Both the position numbers and the translations under genes were made by a program. A stretch of 63,653 nucleotides of DNA, counting the filler, from Octopus bimaculoides (Eukaryota): NCBI RefSeq assembly GCF_001194135.2. It is 6 parts of 5 records of this genome, joined end to end, with 100 filler letters (N's around TTAATTAATTAA, not from the genome) between each part and the next. Parts side by side here need not be neighbours in the genome. Positions count along the whole stretch, not along the records: positions 1 to 19,261 come from NC_068982.1; positions 19,362 to 32,151 come from NC_068996.1; 4 more parts are not named here. One strand, 5' to 3'. The notes below the pieces were generated by a model, which ran no database searches, had not been told where the DNA came from, and saw nothing but the letters and a program-made list of their open reading frames with translations. This document shows, piece after piece, positions 12,801-23,330 of the stretch. Position 1 is the stretch's first letter. The number at the start of each line of letters is the position of its first letter.

Positions 12801-13090
12801 CAAAATATGTGTTGCTTACTCATTTTTTTTTGTCATTGAGGTAGTTGTGAGGTGTACTAAAAATAACGTTTACTCTTCCTTGGCAACACGTGCTCTTTTC
12901 AGGATGTTGAAAAAATGTGCATCCACGCACATAATGACAACTTTCAAATCCTGTTTCCTGACTGGATGAAAATGATCAAACTTTAAACCTCTAACTCTTT
13001 AAAAACATTTATCTGGAAAAAGTAAAATAACTCCAGTAATTCAGCTTGGAAAAGTATATTAATGTGCCAAATTTCAAAATTTTCGATACA
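9870..13090. repeat. Two diverged direct copies of one AT-rich repeat (9870-10260 and 10522-10592 joined to 12443-13090)
   Basis: Shared TGGCTGCCA..TTCTGTTCGAATTGATTTCATATTCAG, GAAAATCATTTTCGC.ATAAATCAATAAATAAAGAGTTATT, CCAATCGTAAG.CACAGACACATTC and AATTCAGCTTGGAAAA blocks. Confidence 0.8.
10593..12442 (-). mobile_element. Non-autonomous Helitron inserted at an A^T site
   Basis: Minus strand 5' TCTTAATATATAAATCTGAAG, 3' CCCGGATAAGGTCAGGTTATACTGCTAG; flanks rejoin to match the uninterrupted paralogue near 9927. Confidence 0.8.
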
Positions 13091-13519
13091 CTTAATTTTT
13101 GAAATGCTGGCAACCAATCAAATAGATCCCTTTTCTGATATGACACTAAAGTCATTTAGTGCTGTTTATGCCTGTTCTTTTCTCTTTGTTGTAATCTTCT
13201 GGATACGTTGAGTATACAAAGGTCAGCCAAATCCAGTTCCTTGGTTCTCGTTGTTGTCTCTCTGCCGGCCACTCTCATAATAAACAAAATATAGCTGATA
13301 CTTTAAACTGAATTAAACTTTTAAGTGCTGTTTTAAAACGTGGAAAATAAGATAACCTGGTTCTAAAAGTAATATTAATTTATTTAGTAATGTAATATTA
13401 ACGTTTTTACATATGTAATATGAATTAATTGAACTGAAAAACATACATAATCGTGCATATGATAATCTAAAGCTTACACTGAGTAAAACAGAAATAATAT
13501 TTTAATTACATGATAATTG

Positions 13520-14040
13520 TTTATAGTTATTACAGGCAGAACAAGTATTAAAAAGTGAGAAAACCGATCATGGAATCAAATGACAGAGTTCCGTGGAGAG
13601 CCTAAGATCGTTCTGTCTTGGAGTTCAATATCTCAGTTTTTATATAACTCTTAGCAAAGTTTCTAGAACCTGCGGCATAACTATTTGGCCGGAATTTTCA
13701 CACAACTTTTCTTCAAGTACACTGCTTTATTAGTTAGATATCAGACGATATTGATTTGTCGAACTATGTTCACGCAGGCGTTTATGCCATTCATGGCAGT
13801 ACAGTTAATTTCTCAAGGATATTCTTATATTTTATTGAAATACAGTTAGGCCGTAGTTCTAAGCTAAGAATCTGAGCGAGGTGGTTCGAAACTAGTTAGA
13901 AGTCTTGCTACAATAGTCACCTCTCACACATTTTTCTTGACTGAATAGTATCACTGGTTTCTGACCCCATACTAGTGGATACACAAGAATCCTAACTTTA
14001 CAGAATAACCTTGACAATATATATTGCTAATGCTCCTGTT
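13520..14040 (-). mobile_element. Highly decayed RTE-like LINE fragment
   Basis: Minus strand VSTSMGSET resembling LLYGSET, and FRTTSLRFL resembling FHTTCLRxIL. Confidence 0.35.
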
Positions 14041-14220
14041 GACTGCAAAAACAACAACAAAAAATGATAAAGATAAAGGAAAAGAAAAAATGTAAATCTT
14101 ATCTCCCAAACTATTGACCTCCAACGATTATGTCAATCGCTTCTAAAACAGCTGAACACATCGCTGCAAGCAACAACAGGATCCTCAAAGATGTTAAAAT
14201 ATGTTCGTTTAATTTCAGCA

Positions 14221-14346
14221 TAGCTTGGTTAAGCTGTTAGAGCGTCGGGCACACATTAATGAAGTGATAAGTTCGAATCCCCGACCGGGCTGTGTGTTGT
14301 TCTTGAGCAACGCACTTTATTTCATGTTACTCCAGTTCATTCAGCC
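14221..14346 (+). mobile_element. tRNA-derived SINE head, truncated
   Basis: A-box-like TAGCTTGGTT..GTTAGAGCG, B-box-like AGTTCGAATCCC, then TTCTTGAGCAA.GCACTTTATTTCA. Confidence 0.55.
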
Positions 14347-14520
14347 GAACGACTTCCGCCCGTCCCCGACCCATTTTCTCCCAAATTTGTTTATTAAATT
14401 TTTTTTTTTTGCCAAAAACCCCCGTTTTCGGATACGGAGGTTCCGGAAAATTGCCAAAAATCGGCACTGTTAAATTCACCCCCACCACCAATTCTTCAAT
14501 TTTTACTTTTTTCCTCAACA

Positions 14521-14595
14521 CTAACCCTAACCCTAACTCTAACTCTAACCCTAACCCTAATCCTAAAATCCTAACCCTAAAACCGTAACCGTAAA
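14521..14595. repeat. Degenerate (CCCTAA)n telomere-like array
   Basis: CTAACCCTAACCCTAACTCTAACTCTAACCCTAACCCTAATCCTAA directly visible. Confidence 0.85.
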
Positions 14596-16474
14596 TACAG
14601 AAATGTTTCGAAATTTTTGTCCGAATCATAATGTCCTTATTTTTCCGCATATTTAGAAAAATAAATTCTTTAAAAAAAATTTTATCAAGATTTTTGGAAA
14701 TTTTTTTCAGAATCATAATCTCCGTATTTTTCGGCATATTTAAAAAAAAACAAACAAAATTCTGAAAAAAGTCAAAAATGAAGGAAATGGGAGGNNNNNN
14801 NNNNNNNNNNNNNNNNNNNNNNNNNNNNNNNNNNNNNNNNNGTGTGTGGTAATTTAGAAATGTCGATTTTTGCCAATTTTTTTTTCAGATTCGTATTCCC
14901 CGTAGCCGAAAAGGTGGGTTTGTGTCCAAAAAAAAAAAAAAAAAATTAAGAAAGAGTATCTTTTTTGGTGGGGGATGGGCGGAAGTCTTGCCAGGAGATG
15001 TGATTACCTGGATCCGTAAGATCAAGGTGGTGGCCAGACTACAAGGCATCAATGATGTAGCAGGTCTCATGGCCCTGTATCTGGAGGGAAGCGCGTTGAT
15101 GCTGAACCTCGAGATGGATGAGGAAGACCAATTGGGCTCGGCGTAGATCGAGCAGCGCTTCAAGGAAGCCTATACGGAAGGAATGTACGCCGCGTTTGTT
15201 AAGCTGGGAACGGTCAGGTGGGCAGGGGAACAGTCGACGAGTATGCTGCAGAGGTTCGGAGACTGGTCACGCTATCTGGTTTTACCGGAGGGGGCCTTGA
15301 GAAGGTGGCAAGATTGGCCTTCGCAAATGGCTTTCCCGACGACAAATGACGACATAAAACATCGGGCAGAAGGCAGTGGCAATGGCAGTTGGGGAAGCCT
15401 GCGACGGAATGCGACAATCAGTAAAGAATGAGGAGAAAAAAAACTTCCGTTGAGTGACAGAGACCGTTCATGGGTCGGTGTTTCAAGTGTTAGGGACCAC
15501 ACATGACAAAAGACTACGAGAAGACGAAGCCTGAATCCGTTTGCTACCAGTACAGGCAGACTGGGCATATCTCTCGAAACTGCATCCAAGGAAAAGGCCA
15601 TAGGAAAGTTTCTACTTCTCAAACTTCCCTCGCGTGCAATTAGAGGCGTTCGTGCAGCCGTTGCTCGTAGCTGAAGTCTTGGTTGGGCGAAAGGCGTTCA
15701 AAGCCCTCGTGTATACGGGCTGAGCGACGTCTCTCGTGACCCCGAGGTTGATAAAAAATGGCGGGGACAAGTAGTGTTCGGGCGGTCGACGGCAGTGAAA
15801 TTGGATGTAAGGGTAGCAGTGAAGTGGAGATAGTAGTGCGGGGAACAACGCTGAGGTTGCGGGCGATTGTGATCGACCATGTGATAGACGGAACTGACAT
15901 GGTGATGGACATGAACAGAATCAACCGCATTGGGGGTGTCAGTGTCAGGAGAGACGTGGCTTCGTTTGGTGGTGCAGGGGCGTCTGCAACATGAGAGAAG
16001 GAAGAGCTCCGCGGGGGATTGTACTGCTTACACCACCGAGAACAAAGATTTTCGGGTGGTGTTCGACGGTCAGCGGTTGATGGTAGTGGCAATAGAAAGG
16101 GGAACACCCGATGCTGAAGAACTGGCTGAGCTGCTACCAGCATACCCTGAAAGAACATTCCAGGACTGAGTTTTGAAGGAGAGATAGAAAGGTGGATTAA
16201 GAAGGGTGTCCTTATCCCGTGGAAGTGGGAGGTAATGAATGGAGTGCTACCACTAATGGCAGTGGGAGTAGCCAACAAAGGGCAAAGTCAGGCCGGTACT
16301 GGACGTTCGAGAGATGATTGGCCCTGTATCGTGCCACACGGGCGGCGAGGCGACTGACGTCTGCGGTGAGACACTGCGCGAATGGAGACAGATGACGAGG
16401 GCGGCGACGATTGTCGACTTGAAGCCGGCATATCTACAGCGCCATGTGAGCGAGAAACTGTAGAAGTATCATCT

Positions 16475-16693
16475 TATTTCTTTATTGCCCACAAGGGGTT
16501 AAACATAGAGGGGACAAACAAGGACAGAGAAAGGGATCAAGTCGATTACATCGACCCCAGTGCATAACTGGTACTTAATTTATCGACCCCGAAAGGATGA
16601 AAGGCAAAGTCGACCTCCACGGAATTTGAACTCAGAACGTAGCGGCAGACGAAATACCGCTAAGCATTTCGCCCGGCGTGCTAACGTTTCTGC
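16475..16693 (-). mobile_element. SINE family A nested in the Gypsy RT, 17-bp TSD
   Basis: CTGTAGAAGTATCATCT at 16458-16474 and 16694-16710. Confidence 0.95.
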
Positions 16694-18299
16694 CTGTAGA
16701 AGTATCATCTGGTGCGATACAAGGGCTAGACATACTGCTTGACTAGGCTGGGTTACGAGCTAAATTCTGCGCCAAAGATCATGGTGACAGTGCTCAAATC
16801 TATTCTGGGGATGGTGGACAAGATTTAAAAGACCACCAATTCCTATATAGACAACATACAACATCTTGATAGACGAGACTATAGTGTCCGCCGCAGTGGT
16901 TGTAAGTCATCTAAAGAAGTTTCGGCTGACTGCGAAGCCACCGGAGACAATGGATGGAGGAGCTGCACTGGGGCTCAAGCTTCAAAGAAATAAAACAGGT
17001 GTATCGGTGTTTCGGAGGGGGAATGAGATCCCGGAGCTGGGTATCAGCGTCAACAGGCGAGAACTATTCTCGATGTGTGGGAGAGCACGCAGGGTGGTTA
17101 CATCAAGAGACGAGCAGACGGGACAAACTGGGAGAGGAAACGGTGGTGATGATTCAGGAGATCCTAAAGAGGGCAAGAGCAGAAAACCCAGTAAGAGGAA
17201 ACTGGTACGAGCTCAAACTGGAGAATGGGACCGTATGGTGTGAAGCTAGCTGCATAGTGATAGGGGTTGTTCTGGAAATCGGAGGCGTCAAAGTGGCTTT
17301 GAAAAGCAGATGATTACAACCATATCAACGTGGCTGAGTTGGACGGAGTGTTGAAGGGAGTGAATCTGGCCCGGAAATGGGAGCTGCACTCCGAACCGAT
17401 TCGGCTACCGTGCTTGGCTGGGTAGGATAAGTGGTCCCCGATAAAAAGAGGGTTTGAACCAAAGGGGATGCAGAGATGTTAGTAAAGCGCCGCCTAGGGT
17501 TCTAGGAAAGCTAGCTACCGAATTTGGTTTGAAGCTGACATAGTCTTTGTGCCTTCAGAAAGGAACAAGGCAGATATTCCAGCCAGAATGAAAAAGACCC
17601 GGTTGGCGGAGCCGGGAGATTCGAAACCGGATAGCTGCAGTGTGTCGGCTAAGTGACTCGGAACTAAAGAGAGTGCATGCCATACATCATATGGGCGTAG
17701 ATAGAACCCTGTATCTGGCCAGGAGGGTTGGCTCTGACGTTATTAGACAGAACATTCAACAGGTGGTCGAGAACTGTAATAGGTGTCAATCCATCGACTC
17801 TGCTCCGGGTGTGCACGAGCAGGGAAACATCTCGGTAAAGCACAACTGGAGACGATTGGCGGTGGATGTGACACACTACCGGCAGGGGACGTATCTCTCG
17901 ATGATCGACTGTGGGCTGGATCGATTGGCCATTTGGATGGAAATGAAGACAAGCACTGCAGACGAGATTGCACGTATACTGAACTAGATATTCCTGGAGC
18001 GGGGCCCTGTGGATGAATTGGTGATGGACAACGGCACTGCTATTCGTTCGGAGATACTGTATGCAGTTTCTTCAGAGCAGCATACAGGCCGAGCGGAAAT
18101 GATATCGTGGAAAGGCACCATGGTGGAGACGGGACGAATCTCACCGCTGGAAGTGGTATTCTGGTACAATATGTTGCTCCGACAAGGACAGGCCAAAGAG
18201 TCCGTGCCACACAGAGTGATATTCAGATATGAATGGTGGCATCTGAGTAAACCATCAAAATGCCCTGCGGAAGAGACAGAGAGAGAGAAAGAGAGAGAC

Positions 18300-18333
<34 letters not shown>

Positions 18334-18561
18334 AGAGAGAGAGGGGGAGAGCCTATCTTCGTGTAGGTAGGGGATGAAGTCTGGGTTAAGACCCTGAAGA
18401 AACACTGCATATCTCAGTGGAACAGAGGAACAGTGACGGCTGTTAATTCCAAAAGTAACGTTTCTGTGAAAGGAGTGCCGCGTCACGGGCATCCACCCGA
18501 GTGGATGGCAGATCTCAACATGGAGTGAAGTGAGGAGGTGATCTTTGAGATCAGGGGAGTG

Positions 18562-18825
18562 TGTGGGGATGAGATGAACCGGAAGGAAAGGACTACGATG
18601 TTAACGGCCGAGAGGCCTCAGCGGAATAGGAAGGGCGAGAGATGGAGTGATGGGAACAAGAATAGGGTCGTGTTCTTACGGCCTGGGGCGGTGGTGGTGA
18701 ACGAGCGATTGGTAGTAGCAGCTGCTAACGTTAGGTGAGTCGGGAATGGCACGTGTTTAGACTTAACAGAGCTGGACAACCAACAACGAGAGGTAGGTGA
18801 ACCGTGTTTTGTTCCTCTCATTACA
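18562..18825 (+). repeat. Putative 3' LTR of the Gypsy element
   Basis: Purine tract AGGGGAG (18553-18559), then TGT...TTACA; no matching 5' LTR visible. Confidence 0.45.
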
Positions 18826-18937
18826 GTGCGCTCATAGCACAGTGTCACGTAGTGGGATTGAACTCAGAAGCAAGTGGTTGCAAAGCGAGCTGCCAAGTCA
18901 CAAAGCCACCCCAATAAAATAATAATAATAATAATAA

Positions 18938-19117
18938 CTGGGCTCCACCTGCGAGGTCATGCGCTGTTTATTTTGATACGAGATCACCATGTCGCGCACA
19001 TATGGTTGTGATGCATGTGCCTGGTGTACCCTTATCAGACAGGTAGTCATGATGGGTATAATGGGCTTCGTATATTTTACCCCAGTGTCACATTGATGGC
19101 ATGCACTGTTCTGTCAC

Positions 19118-19119
<2 letters not shown>
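18938..19119 (+). mobile_element. Repeat family D, 5'-truncated, in (AAT)n
   Basis: Matches the 3' part of 27814-28290; (AAT)n on both sides. Confidence 0.85.
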
Positions 19120-19148
<29 letters not shown>

Positions 19149-19305
19149 GAAGAAGAAGAAGAAGAAGAAGAGGAGAACACCGGGGAAGTTTAACATGTGA
19201 GTACGATAAATCACTGCTCCGAAACTTATCCAAAAACATCGGAAATAAAGACATCGCATGGNNNNNNNNNNNNNNNNNNNNNNNNNNNNNNNNNNNNNNN
19301 NNNNN

Positions 19306-19317
19306 TTAATTAATTAA
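19306..19317. other. Assembly gap linker TTAATTAATTAA (also 32196-32207, 36863-36874, 54352-54363, 61104-61115)
   Basis: Identical palindromic six-frame-stop 12-mer between 44-N runs (100 nt in total) five times. Confidence 0.95.
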
Positions 19318-19477
19318 NNNNNNNNNNNNNNNNNNNNNNNNNNNNNNNNNNNNNNNNNNNNTATATATATATATATATATATATATGGGAGAATATACGA
19401 AAAAACAACAACAGACGAGGACAGGTGGTGTAAATAACAAAAGGATGCATTAGTATGACGCTCGGGAATACGGAAAG

Positions 19478-19514
19478 TCTTTGACGTTTCGAGCTACGCT
19501 CTTCAACCGAAAGA
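19478..19514 (-). ncRNA. Minimal type I hammerhead-like motif with variant core, in a probable Penelope-type terminal repeat
   Basis: TCTTT-CGGTTGA-A-GAGC(GTA)GCTC-GAA-ACGT-C-AAAGA: three perfect stems and a GUC site, but core deviates at U4 and A6. Confidence 0.45.
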
Positions 19515-19643
19515 ATACGGAGACAAGGAGAAAAACACGGAGAAAAAAAATTGAATAGTGTCCAGTCAACGGTCAATCATAATAATGGCTGATCATAACA
19601 ATGGCTGACCGGAAGTTAGAAATTCTTTTTTCAGGAGAGAGAG

Positions 19644-19681
<38 letters not shown>

Positions 19682-19771
19682 CATATATACATACGTATAT
19701 GTACATACATACATGTATACGTATATATGCACACACACACACACAACGCGCACACACACACACACACACAT

Positions 19772-19825
<54 letters not shown>

Positions 19826-19946
19826 AGTGAAGTGTATTGCCACTTAAGTGTGGCTGACCCCTAGGGATGGATGTTACTGTTGCTTTAGCCCCAGGAGGAC
19901 GTCTCCTCCAGTTGGCTTATCGACACACTACTGTGTCCTGTTTGTT

Positions 19947-20071
19947 TTGCCAAGGGAAGTTACCCCTCTCATCTTGATCGTAGCACGAACGGACCCGAGT
20001 TTCAGGGTTATTTCCCTTCGTCAGCGTCCGATAGCTACCGACCTTCGATGAGAGGTATAAATTCTTGGCAA
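19947..20071 (-). ncRNA. Type I hammerhead ribozyme with extended stem I (retrozyme-like)
   Basis: CGGACG-CTGACGA-AGGG(AAATAA)CCCT-GAA-ACTCGGGT-C-CGTTCG; canonical core and GUC site; further helices GTAGC/GCTAC, CCTCTCATC/GATGAGAGG, TTGCCAAG/CTTGGCAA. Confidence 0.85.
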
Positions 20072-20102
20072 CCTTATGTATATTTTCTGATATATATATA
20101 TA

Positions 20103-20480
20103 CTAGCAGAAATACCCGGCGTTGCCCGGGTTAAAGAGAATAATGAAATCTAAAAACGCCGTCTAGATTACGCATCATCTTTATATAGAGAGATGTATAT
20201 ACACACACGCACCCAAACACACGTATATATATGTATATTAATATAAATATATGAAAGTCAATGAAGTTTCGTAAAAGAAGGTGATCATGTACATACTTTC
20301 TTGCTGTTGTGATGATAACACCTCGTTGTAAACAATGTTCCTTGTTTTCCCTTGTGGAGTATATACAAATATGTTTGTTTTTGCTGCCCACTCTTGAGCA
20401 GCCAACATACAGTTGTCCATGTGAGAAGCAGGGCTCTTCCAAGAGAAGACTTTCCAGATAAACAATCTATCGAAATTTAT
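20103..20480 (-). mobile_element. Helitron 3' end plus PIF1-like helicase C-terminal fragment
   Basis: EEPCFSHGQLYVGCSRVGS and KTRNIVYNEVL on minus strand; CCCGGGCAACGCCGGG hairpin plus CTAG at 20103-20106, nearly identical to the 7862 terminus. Confidence 0.85.
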
Positions 20481-20959
20481 CGAAATTTATGCGCACCTAG
20501 ATATTTCTGAACAAAACACCCATCCCATAATTCGTTTGTTCGTCTTCTCATTCTTCACCGAACTACTGACATTACTTTTTATACTCTGAAATCAATAAAC
20601 AGCTGGCCCTCTTGGACAAAGATATCACCCAACCTGCTTAAAGCAACAACCTTCACAAAAACTCTTTATTCTTTGTTTAAACTCCCACTACACAAAAACA
20701 CACGTATACATGCATATAAATTCAAACAAATAGCAAGTAGTCAATCATAAGGCCACTCCCCAAACGTACTTGTTCAAGACCCAAAGCTAACGTAAACAAA
20801 TATATCAAGAATATTTGAATTCCTGACATTTTTAACAAACAACTGACATTACTCACACACATATACAAATTAACCCCACCCGATAATCTATAACTTTTGG
20901 GGAAAAAAATTCTATACAAAATGCAAGCGCTTCCAACTTCTGACTACGTTCTATTTTAT

Positions 20960-22685
20960 TCCTCCGCACATTAAGAGAATAATCACTAACTACTTTAGAG
21001 GCATCGGGTTAAGCTTCAAAATAGCCAACTTTACAATTCGGTAGCAAGACCCGTAAAAAGGGAGTATAACTGGTTGCACAATTTCCCCAATCCTTTTCAT
21101 CATGGGAATTAATTTCCTCATATAAGCTGCTGATAATGAAGCCTAAGGACCAACAATGAAATCAGGCAGCAGTCAACACCCAATAAGGGACTTCGTAGAT
21201 GATCTCACGGTGACAACTACAAAGCCATGTGGCGGTAGAAAGCGTGCTGACTTAACTTGAACACATGGCAACATGGGCTAGAATGTAGTTTATGGTCAAG
21301 AAGTCAAGGAGTGTGATGACCAGGAAAGGGAAATTAACAAACAAAATCAAGCTGCAAGTGCAAGGAGAGGTTTTCCATCAATAGAGGAAAATCCAATTAA
21401 ATGCCTTTGGAAGGGGTTTGACGATTCACTCTCGGGAAGAAGCAATGTCACCAACACTGAGAAGCAAGCAGAGGAGTGACTGAGGAGGACTGAAAGAACA
21501 GGGCTTCCAGGAAAATATAGGGCATGGCTCTACCAACACGTACTGCTTCCAAACTTCATATTGTTATTGACACTATATGAAATTCCAATGACAAGCGTGG
21601 AAAGGGTGGAGAGGAAGGTAAATAAATATCTGCGAAGGTGGTTAAGTGTCCCCTTTCCCCAAACCTCACTTCAGTAGGCCTGTACATAAGATCTGGACAG
21701 CTAAAACTCCCTCTATCATCCATAGTGGAGTAATTCAAAGTTGCAAAATCTAGTGTTGTAATGATGTACAGGGACTCGGAGGATGAGCTTGTCAGACATG
21801 CAGGTATTACAACAAGGTCCGGGCAGAAGTGGGTAGCTAGCACAACAGTCACACATACTGTAAGTATGCTGGAGGTGCGCGACATCATTGGAGTTACATG
21901 CAAAGGTCAGCAGTGTCTCGATTCTTTCCCTTTCAAAGAGTGAAAAAAGGGGGATATTAAGGAGATGATCCAAGCAGATGTGCGGATCCAAGAGGGAGAA
22001 AGGTCAAGTGCTGTGGAGCTGGTATCTCAGGATGCCTGGACTAAATTGGACCTCCCTAAGAAGAAGATCGCATGGACAGGTCTATGGAGACTGGAACCTG
22101 TCCACATCTCCTTCCTACTGAGCGAGGTATATGATACCATCCCAATGCCAACAAACCTGCACAGTTGGAGTCTGAGGGATGACCAGCTGTGTGGACATTA
22201 TGGAGAAAGGGGCACACTGGCACACATCTTGTCAGGTTGCAGAATAGCACTTAACTCGAATAAGATACAAGTGGCGCCAAGATAGAGTGCTTGCAACACT
22301 CGCTCACACCCTTGATCAGGAAAGGCTCAAGAAACATCAACAGGGGAAAACAACAGCAGAAATTAAGCTCGTGAAAGAAGAGAAGCCAGCAAAGTCAGCA
22401 AGAAAAACACGTAGCTTGTTGCATGGATCCCAATCATATGATATAAAAGTGGACCTGAGGGAGAGACCACAATTTCCCCAGAACGTTCATACAGCCCTGA
22501 GGCCAGATGTAGTTCTGTGGACTGTAAAGAAAATGATCTTGATTGAGCTTACAAGGAAAGAAGAGTATGATCAGGCCCACGAGAGTCTTCTGCAGGATTA
22601 TAGGATGAAGGGATAGCAGTTATGGCTTTTTCTAGACGAGGTTGACTGTAGGGGTTCTCTGCCCAGTCGGTATGCAGGATTTTGT
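20960..22685 (+). mobile_element. HERO-like non-LTR retrotransposon (RT, CCHC, restriction-like endonuclease), decayed
   Basis: GSITGCTISPILF, DFVDDLTVTT, GLPGKYRAWLYQH, YRDSED..GITTRSGQKW, VYDTIPMPTNL, RGTLAHILSGC, LRPDVVLW..ILIELT, CRG. Confidence 0.85.
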
Positions 22686-23330
22686 TTGAGACATATTCTT
22701 AATGTGAAGCGGGTCGCACATACTCCAGATTCCGAAGTTCAAGAGAAAATTCAAATGATTAGCAACGAAGCCGTCATTGTTAGGAGAGTTCTAACGTGGA
22801 GTAGACATCTTGTTCTAGTAAACAATACCAGAACTCTGTTTTACGAAGAGTTGAAACAAGGAAAGGGAAAAGCCCCAGAACCCAAACAGCAGTACAATGA
22901 CCTATTTCTAATTAAAACTTGGAAGAGCAAGCTGCTGATAGAGCAAAGTGGAAAAGAAAAACAACCTTGACGGTGTAGCATTATTTGAGAGGGAAAGAAT
23001 TCAGCATGAGTCATACCAAAGAACAATTGAGAAAAGAAAGCAAGCAACGACATCAAACAGCTTTGGAAATAAATAGGCAATGTGAAATATGAATGTAGGT
23101 AATTTCGCCACCGATAAATTCACCACTGCAAATCTCGTCTCCGGTAATTTCGTTCCCGGTTATTTTTCCCCCGATAATTTCGTCCACGGTAAATTCGCCA
23201 CTGGAAATTTCGCCACATAATGATACGAAACAAATGCAGTGTCCCAAGCAACGTACTTTCAACTGTAACATGTGTGGCAAAGGGATGAAGTCCAAAGTTG
23301 GTATGAAGTGTCATGTACGAAGTCATAACA
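22686..23330 (+). mobile_element. RTE-type LINE 3' fragment with terminal C2H2-like finger
   Basis: LRHILNVK, LFYEELKQGK, WEEQAADRAKW, CNMCGKGMKSKVGMKCHVRSH; interrupted by a 15-bp minisatellite. Confidence 0.7.
23101..23216. repeat. 15-bp minisatellite, about 7.7 units
   Basis: AATTTCGCCACCGAT, AAATTCACCACTGCA, AATCTCGTCTCCGGT, AATTTCGTTCCCGGT and so on, with exact 15-nt period. Confidence 0.9.

Larger units (their letters stand above)
14960..18825 (+). mobile_element. Decayed Ty3/Gypsy LTR retrotransposon (gag, CCHC, protease, RT, RNase H, integrase)
   Basis: GDVITWIRKIKVVARLQG (gag); CFKC..H and CY..RQTGHISRNC knuckles; KALVYTG (DTG-like); VLPLMAV, IVDLKPAYLQ, TYCLTRLGYELNSAP, SYIDN (RT); WCEASC and HINVAELD (RNase H); HAIHHMG..CNRCQS, LAVDVTHY, MDNG (integrase, after RNase H = Gypsy order); stops and frameshifts. 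Confidence 0.92.

Noticed and set aside
14885-14960. Poly-Lys N-terminus on gag
   Set aside because: Homopolymer-inflated sequence next to a gap; probably low-quality bases
19306-19317. Recurrent palindrome TTAATTAATTAA as a biological motif
   Set aside because: Always centred in a 100-nt N block; a six-frame-stop scaffolding linker
23053-23295. Pentapeptide-repeat protein
   Set aside because: Consequence of a 15-bp minisatellite; no splice or codon support
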